NCBI GenBank assembly: GCA_036479435.1
Contig: JAZGFI010000097.1
Span: 1 to 31,202, forward strand
Length of the DNA stretch: 31,202 bases
Source of the DNA: Planctomycetota bacterium
Lineage (GTDB): Bacteria; Planctomycetota; GCA-002687715; DRQF01
Direction of reading: 5' to 3'
The notes beneath the pieces are model-generated. The model saw nothing but the letters and a program-made list of their open reading frames with translations, was not told the origin of the DNA and did no database searches. Positions 7,372 to 16,360 of this stretch are shown here, piece by piece; the first letter of the stretch is position 1; the number at the start of each line of letters is the position of its first letter. A program made the position numbers and the translations under genes.

Positions 7372-10300
7372 TCAGTCTTGGGGACGAATCGCGCCCTCGG
7401 CTTCAATATTCATCAGGCGGTGGGCCCTGGGCGCTCGGATCTCAACAAGATCTGATTGGGGTTTCCAAGGCCCAAGGCCTTCTTCCAGGAGTAGTTTTCG
7501 GTCGCAGAAAACGCGCAGGCGGCGCGCTTTGAAATCAAGGACCACTCGAAAATCGAAGGCCTGGCCGGCCGTCAGAGGAGCGGTTGCAGCGTCGGCGCTG
7601 AGTCCCCGAAATGCGAGGCGCCAGTTGCTCAGCTCACCGCGCCAGCTCGCGAGTTTGCCCACAGAGATGAGTAACTCGAGATCGCGCTCGAGACCGTGCC
7701 AGGCGAGATCCAGGCGGTGATCACGACGCTGCAAGCGGCTGAGAAGCAACAGGTGCTGCCCAAAAACGGAAACGCCCAACCAACGCGGTTCTTCACCTCG
7801 TTCGGCGGAGGCGACGTAGCGAAACCGCAGTTCGAAGGGGCCGTGGTTGGGAGCAATGGGAAACGTCAAGCGAAAGGGCTCAATCTCGCTAGGAATGATG
7901 TGACCTTTTTGTGCGCCGACTCGAAAGGCTTTGCCATTTGGTTCCGCAACCACAAATGGCGATAGCTGCAAACCCTCCACGCCGTTTTTAGGGTCGACGC
8001 GCCATAGGACGCGCGCACGAAGCTGGTCGCTGATCTCGACTTCGGCCGCGCGCGGCGCAAAGAAAGCGAGGATGGCCGCGACTTGATTCGCGCGCACCAA
8101 CATGGCGAGCACGTCACTTTTTTGTCGCTCCGCCCAACTGCCCTCAATGCCGCTAGCCTTGCTCAACTCCACCAGATGGGCGCGTCCCTTAGCCCACTTT
8201 CCGCGCGCAATCAAGCTCGATGCCAGGCGCCATTGTGCAAGTTGTTCGCGGTCGGCGTCACTGTGCACGCCCGCGAGGTCTCGCATGGCAACCTTGTTCA
8301 AAGGCTCAAGCCACCGCCTAAACGAATCCGCGGCGTCGAGCTTCTCTAAGTACCCGCTCGCGCTGAGGAAGTCCCGATCGCCATAGGCCGCCAGAGCCAA
8401 GGCCGGTTGATTTTCAGGCAAAGAAAGGTCAACGGCGAGGAGGGCGATCCGGCTTTCGAGGACAATATCTGCGATGGGAAAACTCTCGACTCTCCCCTCT
8501 TTCGGATCGCGCAATCGAATCTCATCACTTCCCGAACTGAGGAAACCGACAAACACGAGGCCCGACAGTTCGCGGCCGGATTGAAGCCGCAGGTGAAAAA
8601 CTCGGCCCTCCGGCATGGCGGATAACTTCTGCTTTAGATCGCTTTGCCAGTGCGAAACCCGTCCTTGCGCTTTTTGAACTTGGACCAAGCGCGCCAGGTC
8701 GGTTTGTAGTTCTTCCAACTCTTCGGGTTGTTGAGAGAGTTCTGCAATGAGGTCCTCGGTCGATTGAGTTGAGGCTGGAGTTGGAGTGAGGGCCGCAAGG
8801 CTCCTTTTGTCGAAACTCCTGAGACTCCGCTGCAGCCGGACGCGCACTTCGTTTTTTGACGTCGTAAGAAACTGCTCCAGGGCCCTGAGTCCTTGCGCCA
8901 GCTCTGAGTCCCGGGCTTCGAGGCCAACGGCTCTGAGTCTCTGCAGACCCTTTGCCGCCGAGCGAAAAGACCTTGCCTTCACTTGGCTTTCGCATGCCTC
9001 CAAGTTCGCCCTGACACGCACTGATGCCTGCTGCCGGTGAGCCTTCACCACACCACGACGCATCGCGGCGAAAGCGGCGCGATCGTCGGCGTCCAAGGAT
9101 GATTGCTCACCCTCGCCGATGCCGCCGAGCCGCACTTCAAGCTCGTCGAGCGATGCCAAAGACTGAGCTAGACTCAAAGTTGCCAGGGAAGCTCCTATCT
9201 TGAACTCCGCCGACTCGCGATGATCCAAAACGAAACTTCGGTAACGCGCGTGGAGTCTGCGGCCCGCATCGAGCCGGCGCTCCTCGAACTCTAGTTGGAT
9301 CTCCTTTGGCAACTCGACCCAGCGGAATCCAAGCGCCAAGGCGAAATCGTGACGCCTTCGATCGCCCAACTGACGCTGCGCTCCTTTGAAGTCTCGAGCG
9401 TTCGCGCGCTCATCGGATTTTTCGAGTTCTGCGGCGATCGCGGCGTCCACCCGTCTTGCCAATTCCAGCTCGACGGAGCGGCGCAGCTCAAAATCGTTCT
9501 TGTTCTCCCCTAACCACGCCAAAAGATCCGAGGCTGACGCGCGGTCGAGATCCAGGACGGCGGCCTTAGCTAGAACGGTGGTGCTGTCATTAAGAGACTC
9601 TTCAGGATCGCTCGCTTGCTGCCAAAGCACCAGGCCGATCGTTCCGATCAAAGTGACGAGCGCCGCCCCAGCCCAAGCCATGCGCGAAAAACTGCGTACT
9701 TCCTCAACGGGCTCAGAGCCGAGGGCCCGCAAAAGCTCAGCGGAAGACTGAATTCGATCTTGAGGTCGCTTTTGCACCAGCTCTTCGATGATGCCGGCGA
9801 AATCCGCCGAGATCTCGGGGTTCATGAGACGCAGGGGCTTGGGATTGACGTAAAGGATCTTGGTGATGACTTCCGCTACGGTCCTGGCTTCAAATGCGGA
9901 CTCACCGGTAACCGCGTGATAAAGCGTGGCCCCTAAGGAGAACAGATCAGAACGGATGTCGATCTTTTCGGGATCACTCGCCTGCTCGGGTGACATGTAG
10001 GCGGGAGTACCAACGGTTCTGGTCTTGGTGTGATAGCGGGTGTCGACGGGAATGGTCGCCAATCCGAAATCGCCCAAGAGGATGCGACCGTCGGCATCGA
10101 TGATGATGTTGCCCGGCTTCACGTCGCGATGAACGACGCCCTCGCGATCGATAGCGCCCAAGACTTCGGCGATCGTGATCGCAATGCGGCGCGCTTCGTC
10201 TTCGCTCAGAGGACCGTCGATTTCGAGAATTTGTTTGAGCGTGCGCCCCTCATGGCAGTCCATGACGAGGTAGCAAATCCCCTCGTGTCGGGCGGCATCA

Positions 10301-10551
10301 ATGATTCGGATGACGTTGGGGTGGTTGAATCTCGCGGCGAGGCGGGCCTCGCGAAGGAGGCGTTCGACGGATTTCTCGTCGGAGCACAAGCCCCGTCGCA
10401 ACACCTTGACCGCGACGGGACGGTTCATACCCAGCTGGACGGCGCGATAGACAACCGCCATCGAGCCGCGCCCGAGGATGCTCTCGAATCGGAAACCCGG
10501 AATCGTGGGAAACGACTCCGGGTTGTCGCGGCTACTTGAGTTTGGAGGCAT
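7372..10551 (-). CDS. Membrane-anchored Hanks-type Ser/Thr protein kinase with large C-terminal region
   Basis: Kinase motifs LGRGSMAVVY, VAVKVL, HRDVKPGNI, DFGLA, GTPAYMSPEQ and DLFSLG. A TM helix (WAGAALVTLIGTIGLVLW) follows at about aa 293-311, then about 750 aa that I cannot assign. Confidence 0.93.
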   Translation of the reverse strand: MPPNSSSRDNPESFPTIPGFRFESILGRGSMAVVYRAVQLGMNRPVAVKVLRRGLCSDEKSVERLLREARLAARFNHPNVIRIIDAARHEGICYLVMDCHEGRTLKQILEIDGPLSEDEARRIAITIAEVLGAIDREGVVHRDVKPGNIIIDADGRILLGDFGLATIPVDTRYHTKTRTVGTPAYMSPEQASDPEKIDIRSDLFSLGATLYHAVTGESAFEARTVAEVITKILYVNPKPLRLMNPEISADFAGIIEELVQKRPQDRIQSSAELLRALGSEPVEEVRSFSRMAWAGAALVTLIGTIGLVLWQQASDPEESLNDSTTVLAKAAVLDLDRASASDLLAWLGENKNDFELRRSVELELARRVDAAIAAELEKSDERANARDFKGAQRQLGDRRRHDFALALGFRWVELPKEIQLEFEERRLDAGRRLHARYRSFVLDHRESAEFKIGASLATLSLAQSLASLDELEVRLGGIGEGEQSSLDADDRAAFAAMRRGVVKAHRQQASVRVRANLEACESQVKARSFRSAAKGLQRLRAVGLEARDSELAQGLRALEQFLTTSKNEVRVRLQRSLRSFDKRSLAALTPTPASTQSTEDLIAELSQQPEELEELQTDLARLVQVQKAQGRVSHWQSDLKQKLSAMPEGRVFHLRLQSGRELSGLVFVGFLSSGSDEIRLRDPKEGRVESFPIADIVLESRIALLAVDLSLPENQPALALAAYGDRDFLSASGYLEKLDAADSFRRWLEPLNKVAMRDLAGVHSDADREQLAQWRLASSLIARGKWAKGRAHLVELSKASGIEGSWAERQKSDVLAMLVRANQVAAILAFFAPRAAEVEISDQLRARVLWRVDPKNGVEGLQLSPFVVAEPNGKAFRVGAQKGHIIPSEIEPFRLTFPIAPNHGPFELRFRYVASAERGEEPRWLGVSVFGQHLLLLSRLQRRDHRLDLAWHGLERDLELLISVGKLASWRGELSNWRLAFRGLSADAATAPLTAGQAFDFRVVLDFKARRLRVFCDRKLLLEEGLGPWKPQSDLVEIRAPRAHRLMNIEAEGAIRPQD

Positions 10552-11548
10552 GCGCCTTAACGGCCCGGTCGACTTCGACTAGCGACATGTTGAAAACCGC
10601 CTTGAAGGCCTTGGCCTGTGCGGTCACTTGGCTCTTGTGGAAAGCCGTGTTGATTTCGGAAGGCCAATACCTCTTCATCGACCGCACGAACTTCGAATAC
10701 TTGCCGGGTTGCGAGCGCATCCAATCGATGATGGCATAGCCCTTTTGGACGTCGCGATAGCTCAAGTCTCCCAACCTTGGCTTCATGAGCCCTTTCAAAT
10801 TCTTGAAGCGGCCGTTCTTCAGTCCCCGCTTGGTACCCGACATGAACTTCTTGAATACTTCGGTCGGCTTGTCGGTCACTTTGAATGGTGAATCGCCATA
10901 ATTGGATCGCGTCGTGAAGCAGAGCAGTCTTCCGGTTGCCTTCGCTTCAATCCAAGCCGCAGTGCTCTCTTCAAACCAAGGCGGGCAAAAATTCTGGTGA
11001 AAATGAAGCCGATTCGCAGCCAAAAAACCGATCTGATTAGGAACAACTTGACCGATGAAATCCACATCGTGCGGCTTCAAGTGGCACGCGATGACCCGGC
11101 GACACTGGATCTCTGTAAACCAATCGTTGTTTGAGTGCGACTTGACGAATTCTTGTTTGGACCAAACGGCGTAGGTCTCGGAGTACCAGCGGACGTATCG
11201 CTTAAAGTCCGACTTGTTGGCGAAAATACAGATCATCGCCTTTTGATCGCCCCAAAGCCGGCGCGTCCCGGTGATCTTGGCGTCCTTGGCAAAAACCTGG
11301 TAGGCCTTGTCGGCGTGTTTGATCACCTTTTTCAATACACCTTCTGACTTAGAAGTGCACCAGGTGAAGTACTTCGATTCAAAGTAGTTGAGTTTTTTGC
11401 CGACGGCCTTGCTGATCAGCCCAGATTCTTTTTGGGCCTTGAGGTCTTTGAACTTCGAGGCGGCGGCCTCTTGCGCCGGCAAGATGGCCCAAGTTCCGGC
11501 AACGAGCAACAAGACAGCGCAGCGCGCCGCCGTGGTCAGAAACGACAT
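10532..11548 (-). CDS. Exported hypothetical protein, possible degenerate gluzincin/DUF1570-like fold
   Basis: Signal peptide (..WAILPA|QE) and a Lys-rich body. PPWFEESTAAWIE resembles the PxWxxEGxAxxxE helix, but no HExxH precedes it. It overlaps the kinase start by 20 nt. Confidence 0.7.
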   Translation of the reverse strand: MSFLTTAARCAVLLLVAGTWAILPAQEAAASKFKDLKAQKESGLISKAVGKKLNYFESKYFTWCTSKSEGVLKKVIKHADKAYQVFAKDAKITGTRRLWGDQKAMICIFANKSDFKRYVRWYSETYAVWSKQEFVKSHSNNDWFTEIQCRRVIACHLKPHDVDFIGQVVPNQIGFLAANRLHFHQNFCPPWFEESTAAWIEAKATGRLLCFTTRSNYGDSPFKVTDKPTEVFKKFMSGTKRGLKNGRFKNLKGLMKPRLGDLSYRDVQKGYAIIDWMRSQPGKYSKFVRSMKRYWPSEINTAFHKSQVTAQAKAFKAVFNMSLVEVDRAVKAHASKLK

Positions 11549-11563
11549 GGGGGTTTCCCTTTC

Positions 11564-13507
11564 TCAGGCGAGATCCTGGGGATCGACGCCGTACTTATCC
11601 AATTTCCTTTGCAAAGCGAACCGGCTAATGCCGAGGAGCTTCGCGGCTTTGGTCTTGTTTCCCTTGACGCGCCGCAGCGCTTTGGAGATCTCACGGGTCT
11701 CAATCGACTCGACGAGTTCATTGAGGTCGTGGAAACTCGATTCTTCGCCCACGAGTAATTCTACCTGCTCGTGGATGTGGTTCGGGATATCCTCTACTCC
11801 GAGAACATCACCTCCGAAGGCCGACATGGTCTTAAGTACGTTTTCTAGCTCCCGAACGTTGCCCGGCCAGCCATAAGATTTGAGATTCTCTACGGTTTCT
11901 TTGCTGATCGTCTTCACCGCCGTGTGTTGCTCGGTGGCGAACTTGGCGAGGAAGTGGTCAATCAGCAGCGGAACGTCGTCTCGACGCTCCTTTAGGGTTG
12001 GAACCCGGATCGCCACGACCTTGATACGGTAGTAAAGATCTTCGCGAAAGTCGCCTTGTTTGATGAGCTGGGCCAAATCCTGGTTCGTCGCGGAAATGAG
12101 CCGAATGTCGATCTTTTTGGGTTTGTCGCTGCCGAGGCGGCGTACTTCGTTTTCTTGTAGCACTCGCAGAAGTTTCGTTTGAAGACTGCCGCTCATGTCG
12201 CCGATTTCGTCCAAAAATAAAGTGCCGCCTGAAGCGGCTTCAAGCAGTCCCCGCCGCGCGCTGGAAGCGCCGGTAAAGGCTCCCTTTTCGTAGCCGAAGA
12301 GTTCCGACTCCAACAAGTTCTCAGGGATGGCGCAGCAGTTTTCTGCTACGAGACCGCGTTGGCGACGCGATGACATCAGGTGAACACAACGGGCGACGAC
12401 TTCTTTCCCGGCCCCGCTTGGCCCGGTGATCAACACCGGCAGATCTGAGTCCGCTACTTTTCTAATGAGTGCTTTGAGTTCACGCACGGGCGCCGACTCG
12501 CCGACGAAAAGATCTTCCGGCCGTTTGGGGCCATCTTGTCCTGCGGCGCGAAGCCTGGAATCTTGCTCTTCAACTTGACGATGCAAACTGTGGTTCATCG
12601 CCTCGAGTACGCCTTTTTGTTCCACGACTTCACGGTAAAGGCGTGCGTTTTCCAAAGACACGGCGGCCTGGTCGGCGAGCATCTGAAGGATGCGAAAATC
12701 GGTAGTCGAAAATGCGCCTTTGTGCAAACGGTTGTCGAGATACAAAACCCCGAGAACCCGGGTCTTCACCTTAAAGGGAACGCACATCACCGAGCGTAGC
12801 CCTAGGCTCAACACACTCTCTTCGGTCCCGAATCGCTCATCCTCGGCCGCATTGACGCAGAGAACGGCATCGCCCGTCGTCGAGACCTGCGTCGCAATCG
12901 ACCAAGAAATCGCAAACTCCGGCGCACTGACCGACTGTTGCTCGAAGTTTCTCGCGACCCGAAACTCCATCGAATCTTTGCCGACCAAGATCAAGTAGCC
13001 GCGCTCAGCCCCGGTGAGTTTGATCGCGCTATCGATAATCAGGTTGAGGAGTTTTTCGAGATTGAGTTCCGAGTTCATGGCCGCGGCAGTGCGCTGCAAA
13101 TGAAGCAAGGTCTCGGTGTGGAGCGGATCGGCACCCTCTTCTTCGAGGGCCGAATTGAGGTCCGTGAGCGTGACACTGAGGTCCGTCGGCTTTTCACTTA
13201 GGACACAGCGATCAAGCTCAAGCCGAGCGGCACCGATTTGAACGATGTCACCGATTTGGAGCAAGGACTTTCGAATGCGCCGACCGTTTAGGTAGGTGCC
13301 GTTTTGGCTCCCCAAGTCGACGACCTGCCACCCCGCCTCCGCCAATTCGAATCGGCAGTGGCAGCGCGAAGCTCGTCCGTCCTGGAGCACCAAGTTGTTG
13401 TCTTTGCCGCGGCCCACCGTGATCGGTTCACCGCGCAGTTCGTAATCCTCCCGGCGTTCGCCGCATTGGACTTTGAGCTTAATTCCGTCACTAGTCTGCG
13501 TCGTCAT
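11564..13507 (-). CDS. Sigma-54 enhancer-binding protein with N-terminal FHA and GAF domains
   Basis: FHA (VGRG..ASRCH..DLGSQNGTYLNG), GAF (LRSVMCVP..GVLYLDN), AAA+ (GPSGAGKE, ESELFGYEKGAFTGA, LFLDEIG, FREDLYYR, WPGNVRELEN) and a Fis HTH (GNKTKAAKLLGISR). AAGGAG SD upstream. Confidence 0.95.
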   Translation of the reverse strand: MTTQTSDGIKLKVQCGERREDYELRGEPITVGRGKDNNLVLQDGRASRCHCRFELAEAGWQVVDLGSQNGTYLNGRRIRKSLLQIGDIVQIGAARLELDRCVLSEKPTDLSVTLTDLNSALEEEGADPLHTETLLHLQRTAAAMNSELNLEKLLNLIIDSAIKLTGAERGYLILVGKDSMEFRVARNFEQQSVSAPEFAISWSIATQVSTTGDAVLCVNAAEDERFGTEESVLSLGLRSVMCVPFKVKTRVLGVLYLDNRLHKGAFSTTDFRILQMLADQAAVSLENARLYREVVEQKGVLEAMNHSLHRQVEEQDSRLRAAGQDGPKRPEDLFVGESAPVRELKALIRKVADSDLPVLITGPSGAGKEVVARCVHLMSSRRQRGLVAENCCAIPENLLESELFGYEKGAFTGASSARRGLLEAASGGTLFLDEIGDMSGSLQTKLLRVLQENEVRRLGSDKPKKIDIRLISATNQDLAQLIKQGDFREDLYYRIKVVAIRVPTLKERRDDVPLLIDHFLAKFATEQHTAVKTISKETVENLKSYGWPGNVRELENVLKTMSAFGGDVLGVEDIPNHIHEQVELLVGEESSFHDLNELVESIETREISKALRRVKGNKTKAAKLLGISRFALQRKLDKYGVDPQDLA

Positions 13508-13558
13508 GGCGCTCCTTGCGGTCTCTCACGCCGCGGTCTGCGCCCACCTCGAACCCAC

Positions 13559-13587
13559 ATTCTAAAAACCGACGCGTGCGATGTCGA
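13559..13587 (-). promoter_or_regulatory. Sigma-70-type promoter for the enhancer-binding-protein operon
   Basis: Minus strand TCGACA-N17-TAGAAT (-35 at 13587..13582, -10 at 13564..13559), about 50 nt upstream of the ATG at 13507. Confidence 0.6.
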
Positions 13588-13612
13588 ACAAAAACTGATC
13601 GCTTTCGCACAA

Positions 13613-13643
13613 ACATAAGTCATTTATTCTAAATGGCTTATGT
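13613..13643. repeat. AT-rich inverted repeat (operator or terminator-like hairpin)
   Basis: ACATAAGTCATTTA-TTC-TAAATGGCTTATGT, with 13 of 14 arm positions matching. It lies 4 nt downstream of the waaF stop and about 25 nt upstream of the predicted -35. Confidence 0.7.
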
Positions 13644-13647
13644 CCGG

Positions 13648-14703
13648 TCAACTCTGTGCCAGCAGTTCGAAGGCCGCCTGAAGAACCTGATTCGACCCGA
13701 TGCTCTTCATGCAAGCATGGTGTTTCAGGGGGCAAACGGGACGGTTGCAAGGTCGGCAGGGAAGATCTTCTAGGAGCAACCGCGACCCTTCGTTGTTGGC
13801 GGCCGTGAGCCCCGGGTCATAAGGCCCCAAGATCACTACCGTAGGGACGCCCAAGGCCTGGGCCACGGCGCGAGGTCCCGTGTCATTCGTCACCATCAAG
13901 TCCAATCGCGCCACTAGAGCCTTTAGGTCACCGAGCCCTAAGATGTCGCGGCCACTATCGATCACGCGCCCGGAAGTGAGCGCGGCGATTTTGGCAAGCA
14001 GTGCTTCCTCTCCGGGGCCACCCAACAAGATCGCCGCGCCACCGAAAGCCTCGGTGAGGCCATCGGCGACCGCGGCGAATCTTTCTGGCAACCACAACTT
14101 GGAGGCGCCGGCCTTAGCTCCCGGATTGAGGGCAAACAGTGGCGTGGTTTCCGCCAAGCCCTGTCGCTCTAGCCAAGCGTCGACGGCCTGGTCTTGATCT
14201 GAGGCGATGTCTAATCGGTAGCGGCGGTCGAAGCTTGTTGGATCCGCGCCGACGAGTTTCAGCAGGCCCAGATAGTAGTCCACCATGGGCCGCAGGGCGC
14301 CCTTCGCATCCCAGCGCAAAGACTTAGGCAGAGATCTTGTGAGCAAAGGCCGCCGCCCGTCGCCAGCGTAACCAAGACGGTTTGGGATACGCGCGAAGTA
14401 CATCTCAAGCGCGGTTGTCATCGAATTGCTGAGGGAAAAGGCGAGGTCAAAACGCTCGCCACGCAAACGCCTTCCAAAACGCCAAGCCCCGCGCCAGCCC
14501 TTCGGATCTCCGGGAGTGTGCGTGATGATTTCATCCACCAAAGACGAGCCGCGCATCAGATCAACGGCGTAGGGGCGAATGGCGAGGCATAGATGCGATT
14601 GGGGGTAAAGCGCACGCAGCGCCGAAAGGAAGGGCGTTGCCATGACAACGTCCCCTACCCAATTCGGCGCGCGAACCAGGATCTTGCGCGGTACGGCGTC
14701 CAC
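13648..14703 (-). CDS. waaF: Lipopolysaccharide heptosyltransferase II (GT9)
   Basis: ILVRAPNWVGDVVMATP, LNPGA..GASKLW..ERFA, VTNDTGP and CRPC....CPLKHHACM. Confidence 0.88.
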   Translation of the reverse strand: MDAVPRKILVRAPNWVGDVVMATPFLSALRALYPQSHLCLAIRPYAVDLMRGSSLVDEIITHTPGDPKGWRGAWRFGRRLRGERFDLAFSLSNSMTTALEMYFARIPNRLGYAGDGRRPLLTRSLPKSLRWDAKGALRPMVDYYLGLLKLVGADPTSFDRRYRLDIASDQDQAVDAWLERQGLAETTPLFALNPGAKAGASKLWLPERFAAVADGLTEAFGGAAILLGGPGEEALLAKIAALTSGRVIDSGRDILGLGDLKALVARLDLMVTNDTGPRAVAQALGVPTVVILGPYDPGLTAANNEGSRLLLEDLPCRPCNRPVCPLKHHACMKSIGSNQVLQAAFELLAQS

Positions 14704-14709
14704 GGCCGA

Positions 14710-15228
14710 CTACATCTTAAGGCGGCGAATTCTCTGAATGAGCTTACTCGTCGCGTGATCTTTCGCATCGCCGACGATCACAATCTTGCCGCCGAAGCCT
14801 TCGATCGTCTCACGCTCTGGCACCGTCTCTTCGGTGTAGTCGGTTCCCTTGGCGACGATATCGGGCTTCACTGTTTCAAGAATGGCATCGCAAGTGACTT
14901 CATCGAAACTCACGATGTAGTCGACCCAGCGCAAAGAAGCCAGGATTTCCATGCGATCGTCGATGCCTTGGATCGGCAACTTGGGGTTTTTGTACTTTTT
15001 GACCGACGCGTCTGAATTGACGGCCACGATCAAATAATCGCCGCGGCTCTTGGCGTCGCGAAGGCAACGCACATGCCCGACATGCAACAAGTCAAAGGCA
15101 CCATTCGCCATCACGACGGTTTTGCCTTCAGCCTGAAAACACTCGACGAGTTCACGCAGTTCATTGGCGTCGTGAATGATGACGGCGGGATCTGTGGAAA
15201 CGATCCTCTTTTTCGTGCCTCGAGCCAT
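14710..15228 (-). CDS. hldC: D-glycero-beta-D-manno-heptose 1-phosphate adenylyltransferase (stand-alone RfaE domain II)
   Basis: VVMANGAFDLLHVGHVR, LIVAVNSDASV, KPDIVAKGTDY and VPE. It sits in the LPS cluster. Confidence 0.85.
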   Translation of the reverse strand: MARGTKKRIVSTDPAVIIHDANELRELVECFQAEGKTVVMANGAFDLLHVGHVRCLRDAKSRGDYLIVAVNSDASVKKYKNPKLPIQGIDDRMEILASLRWVDYIVSFDEVTCDAILETVKPDIVAKGTDYTEETVPERETIEGFGGKIVIVGDAKDHATSKLIQRIRRLKM

Positions 15229-15279
15229 GACGCTAATTCTCCCTCGTTCCTTGACCGGGCTTTTGCCCGGTGATTATCT

Positions 15280-16284
15280 CTAACTATAGTTTATAGTCGC
15301 AGCTTTGAGCAGCTCCGCCGGACTGACGGTAGCAGCACCAAGTTTTCCCACCACGACTCCGGCCCCGTAGTTCGCCAATTCTGCGGCCTCCGCAAAATTG
15401 GCTCCCGCGATCAGTGCCAGGGTAAAGATGCCTACGACAGTGTCGCCAGCGCCGCTCACATCCGTGACCTCACCCGGCGAATCGGCCGCGGCGATCAGGA
15501 TGGAATCGCATCCTTGTTGTGAAAGCATCATACCCTTGTTGCCACGGGTCAACAGCAAAGCCTGTGATTCCAAGGACTTTAGAAGCTCTTCGCCAGCGCG
15601 GATCGCATCCGCATCGCTCCGTACGGGAAAACCCACAAGAGCTTCGGCCTCGTCATGATTCGGCTTGGCAACGGTCACGCCGCGCATCTTTGAGAGTTCG
15701 TAGCGAGAATCGCCCGTCGTCAACTTGTCGCCAGCGAGGTCAATGACGGTTCGAGACGTCGATTTGTCGAGCGTCCCGTAGCCATAATCTGAAAGCACCA
15801 GGGCATCGACAGACGGCAACAGGGCCTCAACGCGCTCCAAAAGGGCATCTCGCGACGTTTTTGACATCAACCGCTCGGGCTCTCGATCGATCCGCAGGAC
15901 TTGCTGACGGCTGCGGTTCTCGGCTCCAACCATGACGCGCGTCTTGGCCACCGTGTCGTAGTCGGCTTGGGGCACGACCCCCTCAAGCCCGAGCGTGTGT
16001 TCTTCAAAGAACGACTTAAGCATCTGACCCGCCGGATCTGCACCAAGGACGCCAATCGGCTGCACTTGGGCGCCCAACGCTACGAGGTTGTTCACCGCGT
16101 TGGCGGCGCCACCGGGAATCATGCGCTCGCCTTGATAGCGAACGACCATGACCGGAGCTTCACGACTTAGACGTGCGGGCCGTGCGTTGAGATAGACATC
16201 GGCCATGAAGTCTCCCACGACGGCAATTCGGGCCTTGGCAAAGCCCTCCATCAGCTCACTGGTTCGTCGCGCGCTCAGCGCCAT
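15280..16284 (-). CDS. hldA: Heptose-7-phosphate kinase-like PfkB kinase (RfaE domain I), SREAP variant
   Basis: VVGDFMADVY..RLSREAPV, PGGAANAV, KTR, LSDYGYG, KPN and DVSGAGDTV. Confidence 0.8.
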   Translation of the reverse strand: MALSARRTSELMEGFAKARIAVVGDFMADVYLNARPARLSREAPVMVVRYQGERMIPGGAANAVNNLVALGAQVQPIGVLGADPAGQMLKSFFEEHTLGLEGVVPQADYDTVAKTRVMVGAENRSRQQVLRIDREPERLMSKTSRDALLERVEALLPSVDALVLSDYGYGTLDKSTSRTVIDLAGDKLTTGDSRYELSKMRGVTVAKPNHDEAEALVGFPVRSDADAIRAGEELLKSLESQALLLTRGNKGMMLSQQGCDSILIAAADSPGEVTDVSGAGDTVVGIFTLALIAGANFAEAAELANYGAGVVVGKLGAATVSPAELLKAATINYS

Positions 16285-16360
16285 CGTCGTTGTTCTCCAA
16301 TCCCTGCGGCCAGCGTATACGGCGCGGGGTTCACGATCTGGCGGATCTTGGTGACCGGGA

